DNA of 64,000 nucleotides. It comes from Candidatus Cloacimonadota bacterium. GTDB taxonomy: Bacteria; Cloacimonadota; Cloacimonadia; Cloacimonadales; TCS61. Numbering within the stretch: position 1 is the first letter of the stretch; each line of letters begins with the position of its first letter. Positions 57,687-64,000 of the stretch are shown here, piece by piece. The position numbers and the translations under genes were made by a program. Location of the stretch: the NCBI GenBank assembly GCA_021735645.1, contig JAIPGP010000005.1:1908-65907 (forward strand), written 5' to 3'. Below the pieces are notes generated by a model. The model ran no database searches. It saw nothing but the letters and a program-made list of their open reading frames with translations, and was not told the origin of the DNA.

Positions 57687-58290
57687 ATTCTCTGCTCTTG
57701 TCGAGATTGATGAACAAATTCTGGGAGTCTTATCTAATAAGGCTCTCAGAAATTTCTCTCTGCTCCCTGATCAGGAAATTCAAATCGAGCCCGATTTAGC
57801 GGAAGCCCTGAAAACTCAAATTGTCAGCGACGCCTGGCTCAAATTCCTGGACTGGCTGGCTTTTCAGGAAAGAACTGTTTCACAAAGCAGAATGCATCTT
57901 ACCCACCTGCCCCTGGCTCCTGATATTGTAGAAGATTTTATTGACAAAGCCTGCCGCTATAATTACCTTAATGACGAAAGATTTGCCATTCTGCTCATTG
58001 AATCACTCATCGAAAGAGCAAAAAGCCTGCCGGAAATTAAAAATAAACTTTATGAAAAAAAAATCCCGCCCCTCCTCATCGATAAATTCCTCTTCCAGAT
58101 ATATGATCAGGAAACTCAATACCAGGTGCTGGAAAAACTTGTTGACCAGTTTTACCAGCGCTGGCAAAATCTGGAACCAGAAAAAAGAAAGACAAAAGTC
58201 TGCGAATATCTCGCCAGACGCGGCTTTAATTATTATAAGGTGATAGAAATGTATCAAAGGATTGAAAATGCCCAGGAAAATAACTGTTAG
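57643..58290 (+). CDS. recX: RecX-like regulatory protein
   Basis: Sits directly after recA, with the size and helical-repeat composition of RecX. The true start is probably one of the downstream in-frame ATGs at 57655-57661. Confidence 0.6.
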   Translation: MSPRMMMLRTKPKSKFSALVEIDEQILGVLSNKALRNFSLLPDQEIQIEPDLAEALKTQIVSDAWLKFLDWLAFQERTVSQSRMHLTHLPLAPDIVEDFIDKACRYNYLNDERFAILLIESLIERAKSLPEIKNKLYEKKIPPLLIDKFLFQIYDQETQYQVLEKLVDQFYQRWQNLEPEKRKTKVCEYLARRGFNYYKVIEMYQRIENAQENNC

Positions 58291-59281
58291 CAACCTGATC
58301 AAGATAATGCACGATTTCGCGCCACCTGCCCTGGCTTATGACTGGGATAATGTAGGATTTCTGCTCGGAGATGCTGCCAGTGAAATAAAAAATATCCTCC
58401 TCTGCCTCGATATCACTCCTCAATGCGTGGATGAAGCTATCCGCCTCCATGCAAACCTGATTATTTCTCATCACCCGCTTATCTTCCGGCCTCTAAAAAA
58501 AATCACTAATCCGCTCTACCTTAAGCTCATCAAAAACGAGATAGCGGTAATTAGCGCTCACACGAATCTCGATATCACGCCCCAGGGCGTTAATCACCAG
58601 CTGGCTGAATTATTTTGCCTGAATGACCTGGAAATCCTCTCTTCCTCGATTGGCAGCGATCTCTTTCAGGTAGCGGTCTATTCCCCACTTGCCGCTCTGG
58701 ATGATCTTACTAAAGCACTGCAGATTTCCGGAGCCCGTAACTTTAATTACAGCCCCTCTACAGGAGAAATCAAACTGGAATTCTTCTGCGACAGCTTTGA
58801 CCTCAATAAGATCATTGCCTCTATCCATAAACATCACCCCGCTCCTGACCCGGTTTACGCTGTATACCCCCAAAAACAAATGAATAAGCTCTACGGTTTA
58901 GGCGTTATTGGCTCATTACCTGACCCCATAACTATCTCGGATTTTGCCGGTATTGCTAAAGAAACCCTCCAGACTCCCGCGATCAAAGTCTGGCTGGCAA
59001 ACAAAAAACCTGAGACTGTTATCCAAAAAATTGCCCTCTGCGGCGGTAGCGGCAGCAGCCTCATCGCCTCAGCTTCAAACCGCGCTGACCTTATGCTCTC
59101 TGGTGAATTTGGCTATCACAGTATGCTCGATAGTCCCTTGCCTCTCATAGAAGCCGGACACTTCCATACCGAATTCCCCGTACTTGATTATATCAAAAAA
59201 CTGCTGGAAGCTGCTGACATAAAATCTACCATCCTCCCCCGCAATCTTCACGAAACTTCTACCCATATTCTCTACCTCTGA
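58262..59281 (+). CDS. NIF3-family dinuclear-metal-centre protein (long form with inserted domain)
   Basis: DWDNVGFLLGD, ISHHPLIFRP, SAHTNLD, C-terminal GHFHTE. The start is either TTG at 58262 or ATG at 58268. Confidence 0.85.
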   Translation: MKMPRKITVSNLIKIMHDFAPPALAYDWDNVGFLLGDAASEIKNILLCLDITPQCVDEAIRLHANLIISHHPLIFRPLKKITNPLYLKLIKNEIAVISAHTNLDITPQGVNHQLAELFCLNDLEILSSSIGSDLFQVAVYSPLAALDDLTKALQISGARNFNYSPSTGEIKLEFFCDSFDLNKIIASIHKHHPAPDPVYAVYPQKQMNKLYGLGVIGSLPDPITISDFAGIAKETLQTPAIKVWLANKKPETVIQKIALCGGSGSSLIASASNRADLMLSGEFGYHSMLDSPLPLIEAGHFHTEFPVLDYIKKLLEAADIKSTILPRNLHETSTHILYL

Positions 59282-59380
59282 TCCCAAACTACCCCTGATC
59301 CCCAATAAAAATCAATATTTTCACCCTATTCTCCCCATAACACCCGTATCATCACCACCCATATGCCAGCTATAAGGTAA

Positions 59381-59430
59381 AACAACAAAGCACAATCTAA
59401 CAAAAAAATGTTAGATTGTGCTTTGTTGTT
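59381..59430. repeat. Perfect 22-bp inverted repeat with an A6 loop
   Basis: AACAACAAAGCACAATCTAACA aaaaaa TGTTAGATTGTGCTTTGTTGTT, 100 nt after the NIF3 stop. Confidence 0.9.
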
Positions 59431-59483
59431 CTGCCTTAGGGTTGCGTTATTGGCTAAATGATGCTAAATTAGCTGGTTATAAT

Positions 59484-59536
59484 GTTTATAGGACTTATAG
59501 GACCTATAGGACCTATAAGTCCTATAAGACCTATTG
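59484..59536. repeat. Six tandem 9-bp units of the YTATAGGNC family
   Basis: GTTTATAG GACTTATAG GACCTATAG GACCTATAA GTCCTATAA GACCTATTG. Confidence 0.9.
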
Positions 59537-59687
59537 GGAGATTAAGAAGCAAAATGATAATAATGATTAATTCTCTGGGATGGCAGTGATACGTTAGAGG
59601 AAATGATAAAGATATGATTCAGGAAGTTGATGTTGAATAACTTCATAAAAGTTGACATATAAACAACCAGTCAAAGGGATTGCATTT

Positions 59688-60668
59688 ATGAAAGAGATAT
59701 TAAAAGAGAATTTAGAGACTGGTGGGGTAAAATTACCTGAAAGTGCTGGAGTTGTAGCGTTTTTTGGTGAAGGCAAGATGCTGATGTGCAGCATGACCAG
59801 CAACATATCAGTATATCTGGGAGTATATTTTCTGGAAGATATAGAGGATAAGAATCAGGGTGAATTAGTGGAGCGTTGTGATAAAGTGGGATATTGGGAG
59901 ACGGGCAAGGTATTTGCCGCTCTTCTGGGCTTCAAAGCTCTGGTACAGAAATACGCTCCTCCATTTAACCGGATGATCAGGTATTATGATGATTATGTAT
60001 ATCTGGGTATAAATTTTGTGAAAGTGCCCTTTATTAAGGTGGAGAGTACAACAATACATGATTATTTTTATGTGGGACCATTTCGGAGCCGTTATTTTCT
60101 GCATGATGTGATAGACAGTTCAGGCGAGTATTTTGGGACTCCGGGCTGTCCTGGAGAGAGTTTTCCCTGTGAATTGATGGAGGCAGGAAAGTGTCAGGGA
60201 TATTGCGTAACCGGTCAGGATAATCTATCAGCAGAGCTTACCCGTTATTTTTTACTGCCCCGGCATGAGAACCTTGAAAAAGTGAAGTTAGAAATAGATG
60301 AGCTGCTTGATGCTTTACGTTTTAGTGAAGCGGAAGCTGTGCGTCAGCAGGAGAAGATATTGACCAGTTTTTATCATCAGATAGCTTTTTTACTGGTAAC
60401 CAAGCACTTAAATATGCATTATGACTACAATGGCAAGCAGATAGAAATAGCTGAAGGATTGATCACGCGGATAGATGGCAGGATATTAGACAGAGTGAAG
60501 CAGGAATATCAGCCAAATGAATTATTTGCAGTCGATAAATCTGAGCTTGATGAGCGTTGGATAGTTTTTAATGAAGTGATTCATCAGATACCGGAGAAGC
60601 TGCTGGAATGTCATGAAACAGCACGGCAGCAGTTAGCGGAATATTTATTAAATAAGGAAAAGCCATGA
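59688..60668 (+). CDS. UvrC N-terminal-half-like protein (degenerate GIY-YIG, Cys-rich segment, UVR-like helix); lacks the C-terminal endonuclease/HhH half
   Basis: Colinear by eye with UvrC residues ~1-250: LPESAGVVAFF (PGVYlf), AALLGFKALVQKYAPPFNRMIRYYDDYVYLGI (EALLLE..LIk...P.YN..l.DDk.YP), YVGPF (YFGPY), CPGESFPCELMEAGKCQGYCV (C...pCl.yqi.rC.gPC), LLDALRFSEAEAVRQQ (UVR). The ATG at 59688 is preferred over the TTG at 59652, which is itself a TTGACA box. Confidence 0.6.
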   Translation: MKEILKENLETGGVKLPESAGVVAFFGEGKMLMCSMTSNISVYLGVYFLEDIEDKNQGELVERCDKVGYWETGKVFAALLGFKALVQKYAPPFNRMIRYYDDYVYLGINFVKVPFIKVESTTIHDYFYVGPFRSRYFLHDVIDSSGEYFGTPGCPGESFPCELMEAGKCQGYCVTGQDNLSAELTRYFLLPRHENLEKVKLEIDELLDALRFSEAEAVRQQEKILTSFYHQIAFLLVTKHLNMHYDYNGKQIEIAEGLITRIDGRILDRVKQEYQPNELFAVDKSELDERWIVFNEVIHQIPEKLLECHETARQQLAEYLLNKEKP

Positions 60669-61078
60669 AAGAAGAAAAGAAGATAAATTTGTTAATAGTT
60701 GATGATGATGTAATAAATGTTCGAGGTTTGCAGTTAAGGATCAGTAAACAGTATAAGAATATTACAGTAGAGACAGCCTATGATGGTTTTAGTGCCTTAC
60801 GCAGGATCCGTCAGGGTGGTATAAATGCAGTGCTCACAGATGTAATGATGCCTGATATGGATGGTTGTGAGCTTTATAATAAGATCAAGGAAACCGATAA
60901 TGATATTCAGGTGATCATGATGACAGCCTTTTATGATCCATCTCATGCCGTGATTAGAGCTAAAGTGAAGGGATTAAAGGATGTGGTACCCAGTCTGGAA
61001 TTAATAGAGAAGCAAGATCTGGCAGATATAATATTCCAGAAAATCGAGCAGCATTTTTTAAATAGCGAGGAAGAATAG
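60665..61078 (+). CDS. Stand-alone response-regulator receiver (CheY-like) protein
   Basis: ATGA overlap with the upstream gene. LLIVDDD..., acceptor LTDVMMPDMDG, MMTAF; no output domain. Confidence 0.85.
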   Translation: MKEEKKINLLIVDDDVINVRGLQLRISKQYKNITVETAYDGFSALRRIRQGGINAVLTDVMMPDMDGCELYNKIKETDNDIQVIMMTAFYDPSHAVIRAKVKGLKDVVPSLELIEKQDLADIIFQKIEQHFLNSEEE

Positions 61079-61088
61079 AGTCGCTGCA

Positions 61089-62006
61089 GTGAAACAGATA
61101 GCGATATTATTATTACTACTGCTGATTTTGCCTTGTTTGGCAGAGGTGCAGAATTATGATAATATTTATCTGGAATACACGGCGGGAGATGGGCGATTAG
61201 CTGCTGAACTGGGCGAGAAATTAGCAGCAGATATAGGAGATTTTCAGAAGAAGATAGGTCATTATCCCCTACTTGAGACGCATATAATCATTGCTGCTGA
61301 CCAGAAAGAATATGAGAGTTTTCTGCAGAGCAGCAGCGGAATCCAGGAATTTTCGCAGGCGATTTACCGGCATAGTACAAATACCATATATATTCGTAGT
61401 CCTCGAGATAACCTGCGGTATCAGGAATTAAATAAAATACTTCTGCACGAATATATTCACAGTTATGTATTCCATTATTTCAGTAATGCGCCCTTGTGGT
61501 TTCATGAAGGGATGGCGGTGTATTTCAGTAATGATTTCAGTCATAATCGGGAATTGGGTTTAGCAAGGGATTATTTGTTTGGTAATACCATGCCCTTATC
61601 AGAAATGCGGCAGAATTATCCGGTCAACCGGATAGAATGGGAATCGTTTTACGCTAAATCAGCTTTAGCAGTGAGATATTTATCTATTAATAAATCAGGT
61701 CAATTTTACCGTTTATGGGATTTTGCCGAAGATAGTGGACAATTCAATGCTTCATTTTTGCGTAGTTTTAAATATACAGCTTTAGATTTTTCACTGTTTT
61801 TTGAGGAGTATTGTAAGACTCATTTCCGGTCGGAAATCATTTTGGCACTTAGCGGGATGATCTGGCTGTTATTTCCTTTGTTATTTATTATCGGCTATAT
61901 TCGCCGGAGCCGGAAGATGCGTCAGAAACTTGCCGAGATGGAAGCTGGGGAAAGAATAGAAGATGCAGAACCGGAATTTGATTTTGAGATTGACGTGGAA
62001 GAATAG
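61089..62006 (+). CDS. Peptidase MA-like zinc metalloprotease candidate, C-terminally membrane anchored
   Basis: GTG start and signal peptide. HEYIH followed by WFHEGMAVYF (HExxH...E). C-terminal TM plus an acidic tail. Confidence 0.6.
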   Translation: MKQIAILLLLLLILPCLAEVQNYDNIYLEYTAGDGRLAAELGEKLAADIGDFQKKIGHYPLLETHIIIAADQKEYESFLQSSSGIQEFSQAIYRHSTNTIYIRSPRDNLRYQELNKILLHEYIHSYVFHYFSNAPLWFHEGMAVYFSNDFSHNRELGLARDYLFGNTMPLSEMRQNYPVNRIEWESFYAKSALAVRYLSINKSGQFYRLWDFAEDSGQFNASFLRSFKYTALDFSLFFEEYCKTHFRSEIILALSGMIWLLFPLLFIIGYIRRSRKMRQKLAEMEAGERIEDAEPEFDFEIDVEE

Positions 62007-62044
62007 AAGTTAAAAATAGTGCAAATCAATTAACAGGAGCTTGA

Positions 62045-62818
62045 ATGAAGGAATTTGATCAGCTGGTGCAGATCGTGGCAGACTTACGAAAGCCGGAAGG
62101 TGGCTGTCCCTGGGATAAGAAGCAGACTCATGCCAGTTTAGTACCCAATTTTATTGAAGAGCTGTATGAGGGTATAGAAGCGATCGAAGACGGAGATATG
62201 CAGGATTTACGGGAAGAATTAGGGGATTTGATGCTGCATATCGTGATGCAGAGCCGGATAGCGGAAGAGGACAGCGATTTCACAATGGCAGAGGTCTTGC
62301 AGGGTATCAATGATAAACTGGTGCGTCGTCACCCCCATATCTTTGGCACTGATATCGTGAAAGATGCTGAAGAAGTAAAAATGAACTGGGAACAGATCAA
62401 GCTGAAAGAGAAGACATTTCGCAAATCCGCCTTGGAGGGAGTACCGCAGGGGATGCCGAAATTGATTGTAGCTCAGCGGATGCAGGAGAAAGCGGCAGCC
62501 GTAGGTTTTGACTGGGATCATCATGGTCAGGTATTTGAGAAGCTTGATGAAGAGGTGATAGAGCTGAAGGAAGCTATAGAAAGCGGAGATCAGGAGCATA
62601 TAATGGAAGAATTGGGTGATTTACTATTTACAGTAGTGAATTTGAGCCGCAAGCTGGGCATAGACGCCGAAAGTGCTTTATCGGGCACAAACCGGAAATT
62701 TGAGCGACGATTTCGCCAGGTGGAAGAAATTTATAAAAGCAGAAAAGAAAAGATGCATGACAGCAGCCTTGAGCAGTTAGATGAAGTTTGGGAAACAGTT
62801 AAAGATACTGAAAAATAG
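62045..62818 (+). CDS. mazG: Nucleoside triphosphate pyrophosphohydrolase
   Basis: Tandem MazG domains: EELYEGIEAIE...EELGDLMLHIV and EEVIELKEAIE...EELGDLLFTVV. Confidence 0.9.
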   Translation: MKEFDQLVQIVADLRKPEGGCPWDKKQTHASLVPNFIEELYEGIEAIEDGDMQDLREELGDLMLHIVMQSRIAEEDSDFTMAEVLQGINDKLVRRHPHIFGTDIVKDAEEVKMNWEQIKLKEKTFRKSALEGVPQGMPKLIVAQRMQEKAAAVGFDWDHHGQVFEKLDEEVIELKEAIESGDQEHIMEELGDLLFTVVNLSRKLGIDAESALSGTNRKFERRFRQVEEIYKSRKEKMHDSSLEQLDEVWETVKDTEK

Positions 62819-64000
62819 TACTTCCAATATAATAAAGCTGTATTTTATTATTGGAAGTATCGTGATATTACTTGGTTTTCTGCTATTTACCAATTTATTG
62901 AGTAAAGACATTCAACGGGATATATCTGTAGTGCCGGATTTATATGCACAGTTCATCGGCTTGCCGGATAATGTGAATCTGGAGAACTTTTTAACGGATT
63001 ATTTCATGACCAAGATAATACCCTCCATAGATTATCCCATAATATTCTGTGATAGTTTACAAGTTCCCTTTTCCTGGGAAAACATCAATGTGGAGTCGAT
63101 AAATTATTCTGGTTTGGTGGATTCTGAGAAAGAGAAGCTGCAAAAGATGGTAAAAAAGCTTCATAAGCGGGGCAGCTATATTCTACTTTATAAGAGCAAA
63201 CATAAGAAAGACCTGATAGGTTATGTCTATTTTGGTGAGACAAGCTCCATGAAGCAATTGCGGTTCATGCCTTTTGTGGCAAGCGTTTTAGTGGTGGTAT
63301 TTATTTCTGTGGGAGCATTTGCCCTGGGTTATATGCGGAGAAATGAAAAGAATCAGCTCTGGATAGGACTGGCTAAAGAAACTGCCCATCAGTTTGGTAC
63401 GCCCACCTCCTCGCTGCTGGGCTGGCTGAGTATTATGCGCAGCAGGCTGGAAGGACGGAATGAGCAGGGTGAGTCGCAGGAATTGCTGGAATATATCGGT
63501 CATATAGAAACGGATGTAAATCGTCTGCAGAATGTAGCTTCCAGATTTGGCAAGGTAGGTTCTACTATTAAGCTGCAGGAAACAGTCTTAGATGAGATAA
63601 TTGATGAGACAGTGGGGTATTTTCGTTCGCGGGTGCCACAGGGCAGTAATAAGATAAGCATATATTATTTTAGTGAGATACATGATTTGAAGTTGCTAAT
63701 TGATAAAGATTTGATCAAGTGGACATTGGAGAATTTGATCAAAAACGCCATAGATGCCATGACCGGCAAGAGCGGCAGGATCATCCTGACTTCTGTCTTG
63801 CGTGACAGCAGTGTGCAATTGCGAATAAGTGACGAAGGAAAGGGAATACCGCGTAATATGTTTCAGCGGGTATTTCTGGCAGGAGTAACGAGCAAAGAGC
63901 GGGGCTGGGGACTGGGCTTGAGTCTGGCGAAGCGGATAATTGAGGAATATCATGAAGGCAAGATCAGGATATTGCAGAGTGACCTGAAAAAAGGAACTAC
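62781..64000 (+). CDS. Sensor histidine kinase (two TM segments, HisKA, HATPase_c); 3' end cut by window edge
   Basis: Not in the ORF track because there is no stop in the window. Hand translation from the ATG at 62781 gives MKFGKQLKILKNSTSNIIKLYFIIGSIVILLGFLLF..., a second TM FMPFVASVLVVVFISVGAFALGYM, the H-box ETAHQFGTPTSSLLGW, the N-box LENLIKNAIDA and the G-box GWGLGLSLAKRII. Confidence 0.8.
   Translation, partial: MKFGKQLKILKNSTSNIIKLYFIIGSIVILLGFLLFTNLLSKDIQRDISVVPDLYAQFIGLPDNVNLENFLTDYFMTKIIPSIDYPIIFCDSLQVPFSWENINVESINYSGLVDSEKEKLQKMVKKLHKRGSYILLYKSKHKKDLIGYVYFGETSSMKQLRFMPFVASVLVVVFISVGAFALGYMRRNEKNQLWIGLAKETAHQFGTPTSSLLGWLSIMRSRLEGRNEQGESQELLEYIGHIETDVNRLQNVASRFGKVGSTIKLQETVLDEIIDETVGYFRSRVPQGSNKISIYYFSEIHDLKLLIDKDLIKWTLENLIKNAIDAMTGKSGRIILTSVLRDSSVQLRISDEGKGIPRNMFQRVFLAGVTSKERGWGLGLSLAKRIIEEYHEGKIRILQSDLKKGT

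Noticed and set aside
59652-59687. TTG start at 59652 used by the ORF track for the UvrC-N-like protein.
   Set aside because: That TTG is the first half of a TTGACA hexamer, which is more likely a -35 box. The ATG at 59688 gives an N-terminus that aligns with the UvrC start.
62781-62960. Apparent double frameshift or absence of a start at the N-terminus of the histidine kinase. The gene is missing from the ORF track.
   Set aside because: This came from my own mis-transcription of one line. On re-reading, the frame is continuous from the ATG at 62781 through both TM segments to the window end. The ORF is missing from the track only because it has no stop in the window.

Overview
This is a dense, low-GC chromosomal window with about 55 protein genes and one RNA gene. 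My guess is an FCB-superphylum bacterium, possibly Cloacimonadota-like, based only on T9SS-type C-terminal sorting tails, an FTCD gene and the overall gene content.

Layout:
- 1-17181: three tandem giant paralogues of a gingipain (peptidase C25)-family surface protein. The first is cut by the window edge. A tightly packed 4-gene lipid-handling cluster sits at 3677-7424, between paralogue 1 and paralogues 2 and 3.
- 17186-33216: mostly plus-strand housekeeping genes (gpmA on minus, mfd, lolC/E-like, M23 peptidase, ispA-like, dut, nadA, FtsE/X-like pair, pgsA, CCA/polyA polymerase family).
- 33226-40435: minus-strand block (FTCD, guanine-deaminase-like, CNNM/CorC, prfA, DUF1385, rpmE).
- 41058-46520: a 1384-aa PPDK-derived protein plus a long GAPDH homologue.
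- 46772-64000: nadC, COG1579 zinc-ribbon protein, RNase P RNA, recJ, lnt, MerR, a 4-gene ECF-sigma envelope-stress operon, rpmB, PF04008-like protein, thpR, recA, recX, NIF3, a UvrC-N-terminal-like protein coupled to a receiver protein, MA-type peptidase, mazG and a 3'-truncated histidine kinase.

No CRISPR array, tRNA, rRNA, transposase or integrase was seen.

Most interesting observations:
1. A PPDK ATP-grasp plus phosphohistidine module lacks the PEP/pyruvate barrel, is fused to about 870 aa of unrecognisable sequence, and is paired with a divergent GAPDH.
2. A UvrC N-terminal-half homologue has a degenerate GIY-YIG motif and is translationally coupled to a stand-alone receiver domain.
3. 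Both full-length C25 paralogues appear to have lost the catalytic His.
4. A dispersed family of 9-bp-period tandem arrays (YTATAGGNC and others) occupies intergenic spacers.
5. A hairpin cluster bounded by a perfect 16-bp inverted repeat lies in the 40.5-41.0 kb spacer.
6. A Dak2(FakA-N)-DegV(FakB) fusion sits in the lipid cluster.

All homology calls come from reading motifs by eye and from memory of family signatures. No database search was run.
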